DNA of 63,067 nt from a virus (lineage: Duplodnaviria > Caudoviricetes), in the IMG/VR virus record IMGVR_UViG_3300033808_000012, positions 1 to 63,067 of that record. One strand, 5' to 3'. A program made the position numbers and the translations under genes. The first letter of the stretch is position 1. Every line of letters begins with the position of its first letter. The notes under the pieces are model-generated. The model saw only the letters and a program-made list of their open reading frames with translations. It was not told the DNA's origin and did no database searches. Below are positions 47,700-56,553 of this stretch, piece after piece.

Positions 47700-48889
47700 A
47701 TTTGAAAATAAACGTGCGCAAGCCGGTGTTGGCTATCGCGTTTGTTTTCCTCGGATATTTCCTCTCGCTGAGCACGGTGCCCCGTTCCGAGGCGATGATT
47801 GGTGGGCTGATGCCGCCATCCGGTCTCTGTGCAGCAGATCCCTATTCAGGCCAAGATGGCTGCGCTGGGGCTAATCCTAATTCGACAAAGCAGATCGCCT
47901 CGCTCCTCAACGGGTATACGGCGACACCAGCTTGGTGGTCGGCGGGGGTTAAGTACCCAGTCTCTTATTACACTCCGCTTGCATCGCTCACAGAATGCAA
48001 TAGCTCATCCTGCCCCGGCCTGCCTGCCTGTGCGGCGACAGGAAGTTCTGGCGGTAATAATTATGTCCTAATCGCCAGCGCGCCTTGTACCCTCTCGGGC
48101 TATCATTTCGATGGCGTCTGCGTCGGTTGGAATGTCAGCAGCGGCATTGTCACGATCACTGATAATTTGTTTACAGTAAGCGCGTCATGCAATCCGGCAG
48201 GCGAAAACTATATCGGATACCCGAATGCTGGGAGCGAGACCGGCACACAGAATGTTATTTTCACTTTTAACGAGATTGATCAAACATACACTCAAAACGA
48301 CAGTTCTAATGTATCATTTGTCGCTACATTTGACGGTGGTACTGCAACAGTAGAATACAATTGGGCACATAACGGATATGGGAATGTGTTCCGATTTGAC
48401 TGCGGTAATAGCAGTTGCTCGGCAACAGAAGCATTTAATTTAATTACGGATTTCGGCGGATCAACGTCGCATTCTGACGGACAATATTTCGATGGATCGA
48501 GCGGAACGGCCTACGCGATCAATATCAACTACAACACGATCTCTTATCAAAATCCCAGCACGGCGGCGGGAACAAGTCCGCTAAACCCCGTCTCCCAGAT
48601 CAGCGCAAACCTCATTCAAGTCGCCGCGAACATTGAGAACAATACAGTTATCGTAAACACAAGCGGTGGCCCAGGAGCGTGGGGCGGCGCGACGGTCTAT
48701 TGCTGTGCGACTGGTTACGGGCCGAGCGGAACAAACATCACCAACAACTTCGTGGATAACCGAGGCCAATTGGAATTCATGTACTCAAACGCTACCTTCG
48801 GTGCGGTATCATCTACTTGTCATGGCAACGTCAACATGAACGACGGAACGACGATCACGCAGACGCTCGCGGCATTTAGTTGCAATTAG
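47696..48889 (+). CDS. secreted Cys-rich parallel beta-helix-like protein (tailspike/depolymerase-like)
   Basis: N-terminal hydrophobic signal; repeated I.NN/YN.I Asn-ladder motifs; many Cys. Confidence 0.65.
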   Translation: MNLKINVRKPVLAIAFVFLGYFLSLSTVPRSEAMIGGLMPPSGLCAADPYSGQDGCAGANPNSTKQIASLLNGYTATPAWWSAGVKYPVSYYTPLASLTECNSSSCPGLPACAATGSSGGNNYVLIASAPCTLSGYHFDGVCVGWNVSSGIVTITDNLFTVSASCNPAGENYIGYPNAGSETGTQNVIFTFNEIDQTYTQNDSSNVSFVATFDGGTATVEYNWAHNGYGNVFRFDCGNSSCSATEAFNLITDFGGSTSHSDGQYFDGSSGTAYAININYNTISYQNPSTAAGTSPLNPVSQISANLIQVAANIENNTVIVNTSGGPGAWGGATVYCCATGYGPSGTNITNNFVDNRGQLEFMYSNATFGAVSSTCHGNVNMNDGTTITQTLAAFSCN

Positions 48890-49930
48890 ATGGCGTTCCT
48901 CGGTTTCGTTCTCACCATCGCCGTCCATCCCTGGCTGATCGGCGGCTTCGTCACGCTGCGCTGGCTGGTGCTGCTTGGTGCTGTACCGGCACTGATGGCG
49001 ATGCAGGAGCGCGGCGTTCGTCTGGGATGGGAGTGGACAATCGTCCTCGCTTGGGGCGCTGCGAGCCTCCTCTGGGCACCGAACGCAGCACTTGGGGCTG
49101 ACAAGCTCCTGCATCTCGCGATCCTGTTCCTCCTGTTCAATCTCGGCGGCTCACGCGATCTGGCACAGGGCATGTGCTGGGGGATGATCGTCAATGCCCT
49201 AGTCTGCGTGATCCAGCTTTTCGGCTACTGGCCGGGGCCGTCGATCATCCACAGCGTACCTGGCGGCCTTTACCTCAACCGCAACATGATGGCGGAGATC
49301 GCGGGGCCGCTTGCGGTGTGGGCTGTGGCACAGCGTCAATGGAAGTGGAGCATTGGGCCTGTCGCTTGTATGATCCTCGCGCCTGATCGAGCGGCTATTG
49401 TTGCGGTCGGCGTGCTGATCGCGGCATGGCGGAAGCGCTGGGCATGGCTCTCGCTGATCGCGCTTGGCATCGGCTTTGCTGCGCTCACCTATTTCAAGGG
49501 CATTGAGAGCTTCGGCGAACGCGCGATCATCTGGCGGCATGCTTGGGAGGAAATATCGCTCTGGGGCAATGGCCTCGGAGCATTCCGGGTCAACTGGCCG
49601 CATTTGGAGTATGTTCATTGCGATCCGATGGAGTTCGTCTATGAGCTTGGGATCGGTGCACTCCCGCTGGTCTGGTTGGTCTGGCGCGGCTTCCGAGGCG
49701 ATGGAGCGCTGGCGACAAAACTGGCCTTTGCTGCGCTGCTTGTCGAAAGCCTATTCAGCTTCCCGTTCCAACTCCCGTCCTCAGCAGCCCTTGGAGCGAG
49801 CTTGTTGGGCGATCTTTACCGTGCTCGCGAGCCTCTACGGGTGGCAGAGCCTCAACGGCGAGCTGCAACTGCACGATCTCCAAACCGCCGAACCGCACAG
49901 TTGGGCTATGCGCGCCGTCGCGCTTTCTGA
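48890..49930 (+). CDS. O-antigen ligase / O-oligosaccharyltransferase-like membrane protein 2 (Wzy_C)
   Basis: GLYLNRNMMAE, DRAA, ERAIIWR, GNGLGAF, YVHCDPME.VYELG.G, FPFQLP. Confidence 0.8.
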   Translation: MAFLGFVLTIAVHPWLIGGFVTLRWLVLLGAVPALMAMQERGVRLGWEWTIVLAWGAASLLWAPNAALGADKLLHLAILFLLFNLGGSRDLAQGMCWGMIVNALVCVIQLFGYWPGPSIIHSVPGGLYLNRNMMAEIAGPLAVWAVAQRQWKWSIGPVACMILAPDRAAIVAVGVLIAAWRKRWAWLSLIALGIGFAALTYFKGIESFGERAIIWRHAWEEISLWGNGLGAFRVNWPHLEYVHCDPMEFVYELGIGALPLVWLVWRGFRGDGALATKLAFAALLVESLFSFPFQLPSSAALGASLLGDLYRAREPLRVAEPQRRAATARSPNRRTAQLGYARRRAF

Positions 49931-50103
49931 GGATTGGCCGTTTGATCCCTATCTGTGGAATTTGAAAGAAGCGATTGGACGAGCGATAATAAAAGCCGAG
50001 AGCCGAAATTCACGCTAAATTCACGCTTAATTAACGCGCGTATCCCAGTTACATCTTGTTACAATAGGAGGCGAATATACCATCTATTGAGCCAGATGAT
50101 CCG

Positions 50104-50457
50104 ATGGTCTCCCCTGATACTGGGATCGAACGTGAACTTGGCCGTCTTGCTGGTCTCTTTCAAGGGCTAACGGATGCCTTTACTGTCCTGCGTCGTGAAG
50201 TCTCAGAATCAGAAAATCGCATTATCCAATCTATCGCGGCCCATGACGCCCGTGACCAGCTTGCTTTTGAAGAAATTTTCCGACGCATACGACCGCTTGA
50301 AACAAATGATGCATTGGAACGTGAACGCGCCAATGAAAAACAAATTCAAAAAGTCCACGGACATTCATGGGGACAAACTTTCCTCACTATCATTACAGCG
50401 ATCTTGGCTTCCGTGATCACTGCCTGCGCCACCATTTTTGCGAGCCGCCACCAATGA
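50104..50457 (+). CDS. coiled-coil protein with C-terminal TM helix (lysis cassette)
   Basis: Single C-terminal hydrophobic helix; directly before the endolysin. Confidence 0.6.
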   Translation: MVSPDTGIERELGRLAGLFQGLTDAFTVLRREVSESENRIIQSIAAHDARDQLAFEEIFRRIRPLETNDALERERANEKQIQKVHGHSWGQTFLTIITAILASVITACATIFASRHQ

Positions 50458-51086
50458 ACGACACTCCTCTCCTTGAAGGCTTCGATTGCGCCGAACCGCT
50501 AAGCGGGCCAATTATTATGAAAGCCGCAGCCCACAAGGTCGCTTTCGTAGGACGTTATCTTTGGAAAGGCGGCAAGGGATTATTGCGCGCTGAAGCGCTC
50601 AATCTCGCCCATGAAGAGATCGGCATTCTCTCGTTCTATGAAGGCATGGGGACCGAATACGCAACATTTACGGTTGAGCAAGCCCAGAAGGATGCAGCAG
50701 CGGCTATTGGTTTCGCGAAGATTGTTGGTCAAACCGCCAACACGCCAATTACGTTCGCCGTGGATTTCGATGCGAATGCCGCGCAGATCAATAGTGGGAT
50801 CGCCCAATATTTCGGAGCAATCGCTTCTGTCTTGCGCGGACAGTTTCGCGTTGGCGTATATGGTTCCGGCAACGTCTGCAATGCGATGTTGGGCAAGAAC
50901 TTCGCGGACTTTGCCGTGCTGGCGGGTGCTGGTTGGGGCGGAAGTGCATCGTTTACCAAATGGAACGTGCATCAGCATCCAACGATCATGGCGAATTCGC
51001 GATCTGATACGCTTCGCCTTGGCATTTCTTATGATCCATTGGAAGCAAAGCCAGGCGATTCCGGCATCTGGAAAGCGACGCCATGA
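50454..51086 (+). CDS. endolysin, DUF1906 (GH25-like) glycoside hydrolase
   Basis: GFDC, FVGRYL, I.FAVDFD, VGVYGS. Confidence 0.85.
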   Translation: MNDTPLLEGFDCAEPLSGPIIMKAAAHKVAFVGRYLWKGGKGLLRAEALNLAHEEIGILSFYEGMGTEYATFTVEQAQKDAAAAIGFAKIVGQTANTPITFAVDFDANAAQINSGIAQYFGAIASVLRGQFRVGVYGSGNVCNAMLGKNFADFAVLAGAGWGGSASFTKWNVHQHPTIMANSRSDTLRLGISYDPLEAKPGDSGIWKATP

Positions 51087-51322
51087 GCGACGAATTTGTT
51101 GAGGAATGGTGCGGCATTTGCCACAGCGCATGGACGCGAAAGAAAGATGATTCAGCTTCGCATCAGTGCGAACATGCGAAATCTGTTCCAGCGCCACGTC
51201 CAATCCCCGCTAGCATCTTTGCCGATCTCAGCTCCATCGGCGAGCGGGTGAAAGAAATACGGCGCGAGGAAAGTCGCGTAACCGTTGAAGTTAAGCCTTC
51301 GACAGAGCATAATAACTGCTGA
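51083..51322 (+). CDS. hypothetical protein (CxxC)
   Basis: Coupled ORF. Confidence 0.5.
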   Translation: MSDEFVEEWCGICHSAWTRKKDDSASHQCEHAKSVPAPRPIPASIFADLSSIGERVKEIRREESRVTVEVKPSTEHNNC

Positions 51323-51675
51323 TGAGCATCCAGGACTCACCGGGCGTTCCGATGCCTGATCCGCCACCGCATCCTGCCGTTATGGCGACGATGGCTGCTG
51401 CGGCTACTCCAAGTCCAGTAATGCCCTGGTATGTCGTTCCCGGTCTCGCTTATATCATCACCATCGCTTTCATCGCGATCACGACCGTCATTGTCGTCCG
51501 TGGTGAGAATTCGAACGAGAACCTGGTTCTCGGCGCGCTCATTACGCTTGTAACTGGCTCGACGGGTTTCTATTTCGGCAACTCGATGGGAAGCCAAAAG
51601 AAGGATGAGCAGAACGCTGCTGCCATGCAGGCTCTCGCTAACAGCACTCCCATAGGGGGACAACCAAATGCATAA
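51322..51675 (+). CDS. putative holin (2 TM)
   Basis: Two TM helices followed by FYFGNS.GSQKKD. Confidence 0.7.
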   Translation: MSIQDSPGVPMPDPPPHPAVMATMAAAATPSPVMPWYVVPGLAYIITIAFIAITTVIVVRGENSNENLVLGALITLVTGSTGFYFGNSMGSQKKDEQNAAAMQALANSTPIGGQPNA

Positions 51676-52282
51676 GCTTCTTTGCGTTTCTGTCGCAGCG
51701 ATTGCGCTTGCTGGATGTTCAGTGAGTGCCAGTTTGCCACAGGATATCTCATCGGCCTTGAGCAATGGTTCAGGTCCAGGTCCGATTGTGACCGACTTCA
51801 CGGACGCTCAATACAATCTGAATCAGGCTATGGCCGTAGGCGCATTGCCTGCGAATGATCCCGGCGCGGCATGTCTTAATCAGGTCGCACAGCAACTCAA
51901 CATTGGCGGGACGCCAGCAGTTTCGTTTGTCCCCAAGGTCGGCGGGACGCTCGTACTCAGCGGAGCCTCGGTGCTTTATATCCGTTACAACCAAGCGGCT
52001 GGTTTGCAGGGCACCTTTACACCGCCGCAGGGTTGCCTAGCGCTGATGGGCAAGATGCAATGGGATACGCTTAAGGCTGCATTGCAGGGCGCGAGCCTCG
52101 CAGGGCCTGCACTTGGCATTCCGTCGATCCCCGGATTGCCCGCTAAAGCTAGCCCGATATCCGCCCCAACTACGATTGCTCCGCCACCGCTGCCTTCGGG
52201 CGGAGCGCACGCACAACGATACGCGCCAGCGGGAATTGTCGTGAGCGAGGCTGAAAGCAATCCCTCACTAGGCGGGAAATGA
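51668..52282 (+). CDS. lipoprotein
   Basis: Lipobox LAG|C; Pro-rich tail. Confidence 0.7.
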   Translation: MHKLLCVSVAAIALAGCSVSASLPQDISSALSNGSGPGPIVTDFTDAQYNLNQAMAVGALPANDPGAACLNQVAQQLNIGGTPAVSFVPKVGGTLVLSGASVLYIRYNQAAGLQGTFTPPQGCLALMGKMQWDTLKAALQGASLAGPALGIPSIPGLPAKASPISAPTTIAPPPLPSGGAHAQRYAPAGIVVSEAESNPSLGGK

Positions 52283-52926
52283 CCGATATCGTCCTCCTTA
52301 ACCGCTCAGGGCATATTTCCATGCCCGACCTGACAGCGGCGACGGCGGCATTCCAAACTCAGATCAGTCGCGACTTTGCGCCTGTCTGGGGCGGCGATGC
52401 GAAGCTCTGGGACGAGGACGAAGATGTACCTGCCAATGCATGGAAGTTCTGGCTTCAGGATGGCTTAGATCAGCCTGGAGACCTCGGCTATCATCTAATG
52501 GATGGCGCGCTCCCCGAGGGGAAAATTGACATTGAGGGAGCAATCAACAGCGGCAACGATTGGCGCACGGTCGTCAGCCATGAGCTACTTGAGACTCTTT
52601 GCGACCCGCTCTGCACACGAATGGCTGGCCCATACATCGTAGAACCATGCGATCCCGTTGAAGAATCAATGTATCTGATCAATGGTCTCGCGGTGAGCAA
52701 CTTCGTCTATCCAGTCTATTTCGGTTTGATGAGCGGTACGCAATACGACTACAACAACGAACTCAAAGCTTCCGTTCCTGCGATGCTCTCAGGCGGCTAC
52801 GTCGAGAGTTGGAATGGCAGTCAGTGGATCAGCCAGTTCGCTCGTCTCGCGAATGGAGGAATGCCGTGGATGTTTATCCGGCCAAGCGGACGTAGACATT
52901 TTCGCGCGTCTAGGGGTGCTCCATGA
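52279..52926 (+). CDS. metallopeptidase-like protein
   Basis: LGYH, SHELLE..DP, E.CDPVE, VSNFVYP.YF. Confidence 0.6.
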   Translation: MTDIVLLNRSGHISMPDLTAATAAFQTQISRDFAPVWGGDAKLWDEDEDVPANAWKFWLQDGLDQPGDLGYHLMDGALPEGKIDIEGAINSGNDWRTVVSHELLETLCDPLCTRMAGPYIVEPCDPVEESMYLINGLAVSNFVYPVYFGLMSGTQYDYNNELKASVPAMLSGGYVESWNGSQWISQFARLANGGMPWMFIRPSGRRHFRASRGAP

Positions 52927-53390
52927 AACCATATTGGATTTGCGGACTTGCATTGATTACCGCTGCATGGGCGCAGGAACCGAGTGGGCTGCCTAATCCG
53001 CAGTTGACGCCAGGTGCAATCAACCCAGATGTCATGCAAGGCAATATCCATTCGACGATCTGCGTCGCGAACTGGACGAAGAAGATCAGACCTCCCGCAT
53101 CCTATACGAATAAGTTAAAGCAGGAGCAGATCGCGCAATACGGATACGCTGATAAAAATGTTCGCGATTATGAGGAAGACCATTTCATTTCATTGGAGAT
53201 CGGCGGCAACCCAACTGACCCCAAGAACCTTTGGCCGGAGCCTTACGCTGGCGAATGGGGAGCGCGGAAGAAGGACCAGCTAGAAGACACACTGCATCGG
53301 TTGGTATGTAGCGGCGCGATGACAGTGGATGATGCGCGGACTGCGATCACGAGCAACTGGATCACGGCCTATCAGAAGTACGTTCACTAG
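52923..53390 (+). CDS. secreted HNH-like nuclease-domain protein
   Basis: Signal AWA|Q; YEEDHFISLEIGG...NLWPEP...KD.LE..LH.LVC. Confidence 0.7.
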   Translation: MKPYWICGLALITAAWAQEPSGLPNPQLTPGAINPDVMQGNIHSTICVANWTKKIRPPASYTNKLKQEQIAQYGYADKNVRDYEEDHFISLEIGGNPTDPKNLWPEPYAGEWGARKKDQLEDTLHRLVCSGAMTVDDARTAITSNWITAYQKYVH

Positions 53391-53410
53391 AAGTACCATT
53401 TAGGTTAGTA

Positions 53411-53437
53411 GGCCGTTGTTCAGTGGGCACAACGGCC
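53411..53437. terminator. hairpin between convergent operons
   Basis: GGCCGTTGT-9nt-ACAACGGCC. Confidence 0.5.
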
Positions 53438-53458
53438 AAAGCCACCCTTTGTAGACCC

Positions 53459-53875
53459 TTATCGGGCCATTGACCGCGCTTCAGCTCGTCCTAGCTCTTG
53501 GAACGCGGCTTGGGAATCAAATGTCGATTCACTTGGCGACGGCAATGCCGACAGTGTTTGGCTCATATTGTTACTCGCCAATGCGCCATGTTGCGCAGCA
53601 GAGTTGCTACACTGCATAGCTAATGAGCCAGCCTGATTAAGGGTGCCTACGCCGAGCGCAGTCCAACTAGTGCCCCAGTATGGCCCTTCATAGAACCGAC
53701 GCCAAGGACGGTAATAATGATCGTGGAAGTGATGAAGCGTAACCGGCGGCGCATCTTCGATCTTATCGATCTTTTCGTTGATACGCTTCCATTGTTTCGC
53801 GTTCGGAGGGCCGCTTAGTCCCTCGGTAAAACCTTCAAACCATGCTTTGAATTCGGGGAGGTTCATGATCCCCAA
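53459..53875 (-). CDS. hypothetical protein
   Basis: EFKAWFEGF.E..P...QW..I; AGGAG RBS. Confidence 0.65.
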   Translation of the reverse strand: MGIMNLPEFKAWFEGFTEGLSGPPNAKQWKRINEKIDKIEDAPPVTLHHFHDHYYRPWRRFYEGPYWGTSWTALGVGTLNQAGSLAMQCSNSAAQHGALASNNMSQTLSALPSPSESTFDSQAAFQELGRAEARSMAR

Positions 53876-53942
53876 CTCCTAATGCTAGTTGCGGAAGAAA
53901 AGAGTATGTGGAAAGGATAGCATCGCGTCAAGTCCGCGCGTG

Positions 53943-54143
53943 CTAGTCCAATACGCGGTTCTGATTAGGACCAATAAGAGCGCGCCGTATGTCGCGAATT
54001 GGCGTTTTCATTTCAAGCATCTTCGTGACTCGTTCGCGATATAACTCTCGCTCTGCACCTGATAGACCAAGATAGTCCAATGTGATGTTCACCTGATCTT
54101 CAGGATATGGCTCCTGCCAAGGAGATGGATTAATAGAGGTCAT
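53943..54143 (-). CDS. hypothetical protein
   Basis: ORF with GAGG RBS. Confidence 0.5.
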   Translation of the reverse strand: MTSINPSPWQEPYPEDQVNITLDYLGLSGAERELYRERVTKMLEMKTPIRDIRRALIGPNQNRVLD

Positions 54144-54318
54144 TTAGTCCTCACCAGATTGTGGCATCTGAATGGGAGTGACCCGCGCCCTACGGCACAT
54201 CCGGCTCAGTCGTCCTTTCGGACCAAAGCAGCCGAGCTGCTGACGGAGGCGATAGGCTAGGCTCATTCCCTTTTCGGTACTGAGCACGCGGGTATCCTCA
54301 CTAGATTTCAGTTTCTCA

Positions 54319-54810
54319 CTAGGACGGGCGCAAATCCTGCATCCGTCTGTATAGTTTCGGAGCGCGCCCTTTGTGGTGAGGAACCTCTTCCTCATAGAGC
54401 GCAGTCAGCTCATCCCACACATCAACGAATGGCTTCCAATCGGGATGCTTCAAAGCAACTTCCGGCAAACGCTCTCGCCATCCCGGCATGATTTTTAAGA
54501 GGCGGTAGCATCGGCCAAAATCTGAAGGATCATATGGAATTCCATGCCGTCTCACGGGCCAGCCCGTCAGCGCACTCCAAATCGTTTCGGATGACACTCC
54601 AGTATCTCCGTTTTTGATCCAAGCGCGAGCATCGCCCTCATCAGTGGGTTTTGGTTTAGACCCAACATTCACCTTTTTTGATCCACACATTGGACACAAG
54701 GCTTTAGCTAACTTTGAGAAGACATTGACCGGCAACGGCAGAAAAGCCACAGCCCATTCATGCGAACATTTTTCGCAGTGGACATAAAACGGCTCTTTCT
54801 CATCGATCAC
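54319..54810 (-). CDS. zinc-ribbon-containing hypothetical protein
   Basis: CEKC/CPMC plus G.SSETI...P.DPSDFGRC..LL. Confidence 0.7.
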   Translation of the reverse strand: MIDEKEPFYVHCEKCSHEWAVAFLPLPVNVFSKLAKALCPMCGSKKVNVGSKPKPTDEGDARAWIKNGDTGVSSETIWSALTGWPVRRHGIPYDPSDFGRCYRLLKIMPGWRERLPEVALKHPDWKPFVDVWDELTALYEEEVPHHKGRAPKLYRRMQDLRPS

Positions 54811-54838
54811 AGCGACCTCATGTTATTCAGTTATTACG

Positions 54839-55300
54839 TTAGGATGCAGCGATTAGAGCTGCGCGGGCCTCACGAAGGCACGCTTCCCATGCGCCACTTT
54901 CACGGTCATGTTCGTCAGGCATCCAGCGTCTTACGCGCGGCGGAAATCCGATCTCGCGTTCTCGCCATATTGCTAGAGCGGCGCGTTCTACCTTATCAGT
55001 GATCAACGCCTCGTGTTTACAGCCAATCAAGACACCGGCATTCGGGTAAACGGTTCCGTGCGCCTGACCTTCTTCCTTTAGGCCGAGTGACAGCAAAATA
55101 GAACGAGCTGCTGGCGTCTCCCAACTAACCGCCACTTCGGCGGGATATGGCTCAGCACCACCTTCGCCAATAGTGCCTTGACAGCAAGCGTGTGTATACA
55201 CGCCAGGGATCGTGTTCAGATAGCGAACGAATGAGGCTATGCCTTTGTCAACGCTGGCCCAAATTTGAACCCGTTCGGTGTCGTGGACGACGTTTCCCAT
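54839..55300 (-). CDS. hypothetical protein
   Basis: VDKGI...V..LN...G..T..CCQG pattern. Confidence 0.6.
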   Translation of the reverse strand: MGNVVHDTERVQIWASVDKGIASFVRYLNTIPGVYTHACCQGTIGEGGAEPYPAEVAVSWETPAARSILLSLGLKEEGQAHGTVYPNAGVLIGCKHEALITDKVERAALAIWREREIGFPPRVRRWMPDEHDRESGAWEACLREARAALIAAS

Positions 55301-55326
55301 CGGTTTGACCTCATTGTATATATAGA

Positions 55327-55530
55327 TTACACTAGGTCACGGCCAAGGCGAGTCGTCTCAGCCATTGCCTCTACATATGAACGTTTTGCAAAGGGGTTAC
55401 TTCTAACAAAATGTTCAAATGACGGAGGGTGAAGACAATATCGACAGAAATCGCGATAGGCGATTTGGTGTCGTCTAAACTCATCTTCCGTGAGATGAAT
55501 ATCAGGTTCTTTGATTATTTTGATAGTCAC
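55327..55530 (-). CDS. hypothetical protein
   Basis: GGAGG RBS, GTG start. Confidence 0.55.
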   Translation of the reverse strand: MTIKIIKEPDIHLTEDEFRRHQIAYRDFCRYCLHPPSFEHFVRSNPFAKRSYVEAMAETTRLGRDLV

Positions 55531-55550
55531 GTAACTTACCTCCGGTAAGG

Positions 55551-55751
55551 TTAGGATAACCCAGCGCGCTTAATCGCCTTTTTGATCGCCATATCGCGAA
55601 CACTGTCAGGGATTAGGCCTCGAATATGGAGTCGGATGATTGCCTCCGCGTCTTTGTCCATGTGCTCTAGGGCAGGAGATTGCTCTACGCCGAGTTGCTT
55701 ATGGAATGGGTTCCGCCCCCACCCGAAATCCAATTCTACATCCCGTGTCAT
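55551..55751 (-). CDS. hypothetical protein
   Basis: ORF in operon. Confidence 0.55.
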   Translation of the reverse strand: MTRDVELDFGWGRNPFHKQLGVEQSPALEHMDKDAEAIIRLHIRGLIPDSVRDMAIKKAIKRAGLS

Positions 55752-55769
55752 TCCAAACGTACCTTCTCG

Positions 55770-55901
55770 CTAGAACGGGTTGCCGCACGCCAGGAACAGC
55801 GGCGGCGGTAGGAAGCAGCCCTTCGCGGTCGTGTACGCGTCCTGACCAGCGCATCCGGCGAGGCACAGCGCGAGGGCGAGGGCGAGGATGCGAGCAATCA
55901 T
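55770..55901 (-). CDS. small lipoprotein (43 aa)
   Basis: Hand translation MIARILALALALCLAG|CAGQDAYTTAKGCFLPPPLFLACGNPF; ATGA coupling, GGAG RBS. Confidence 0.65.
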   Translation of the reverse strand: MIARILALALALCLAGCAGQDAYTTAKGCFLPPPLFLACGNPF

Positions 55902-56146
55902 GTCTTGTCTCCGGGGAGCGGGAGGGCGCGGATATCAGCTTCTGTAATCCAACACTCACAGTACATTTTAAGCACAGCCTCCCGCATCTGCTCCGCCCCT
56001 TCGCGCCTGCCCGTGGCCCGCTGCTCGCGCAGGAATACCAGCAAATGGCCGAAGTAGATGTTGTCTTGTGGCTGGCTACGCTGCGCTCCGAGAAGCATTA
56101 GCAAGTGCCCAACGGTTTTGATTTCTTCTTCGGTTGCCTCGGTCAT
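55898..56146 (-). CDS. hypothetical protein
   Basis: ORF in operon. Confidence 0.55.
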   Translation of the reverse strand: MTEATEEEIKTVGHLLMLLGAQRSQPQDNIYFGHLLVFLREQRATGRREGAEQMREAVLKMYCECWITEADIRALPLPGDKT

Positions 56147-56168
56147 GGCTGCTCACCAGATGTGCTAC

Positions 56169-56327
56169 TTACCATGGCAGGCAATACCACCGGCCATACT
56201 GATCATAACAACCATGCCCACAACCACAACGACAGGAAGACCATGAACACATCATACCTGCATCTTCCTGTGTGTGAGACTGGGGATGGTGTGCTAACAA
56301 AAGCATAGCTAACGCAAGAGATTTCAT
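56169..56327 (-). CDS. small Cys-rich peptide with hydrophobic leader (52 aa)
   Basis: Hand translation MKSLALAMLLLAHHPQSHTQEDAGMMCSWSSCRCGCGHGCYDQYGRWYCLPW; fills the operon gap. Confidence 0.55.
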   Translation of the reverse strand: MKSLALAMLLLAHHPQSHTQEDAGMMCSWSSCRCGCGHGCYDQYGRWYCLPW

Positions 56328-56334
56328 TTTCGTC

Positions 56335-56544
56335 TCACTTAGATTGCTGAATTTGAATAGAACGACGAGCTACCCGAACCATTCTTCGAAGCAATGTTTG
56401 TCGATCAAGCAAGCGGCCTCCACAAACACATTGAGTTGGTGCGCCCGTGTTTAGCGTTCCAGGATGAGGCCCATACCGTACTGCACCGCAGCGGTCGCAT
56501 TTATACATCTTGCGGGGCGCATATTGCGTTGTTTGGATTGTCAA
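56335..56544 (-). CDS. zinc-ribbon hypothetical protein
   Basis: CDRC...CVCGG; AGGAG RBS. Confidence 0.55.
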   Translation of the reverse strand: MTIQTTQYAPRKMYKCDRCGAVRYGPHPGTLNTGAPTQCVCGGRLLDRQTLLRRMVRVARRSIQIQQSK

Positions 56545-56553
56545 GTCTTTCTC

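Noticed and set aside
45007-49930. Diversity-generating retroelement, as in BPP-1
   Set aside because: No reverse transcriptase motif and no TR/VR pair differing at adenines was seen; the fibre repeat is diverged at all base types
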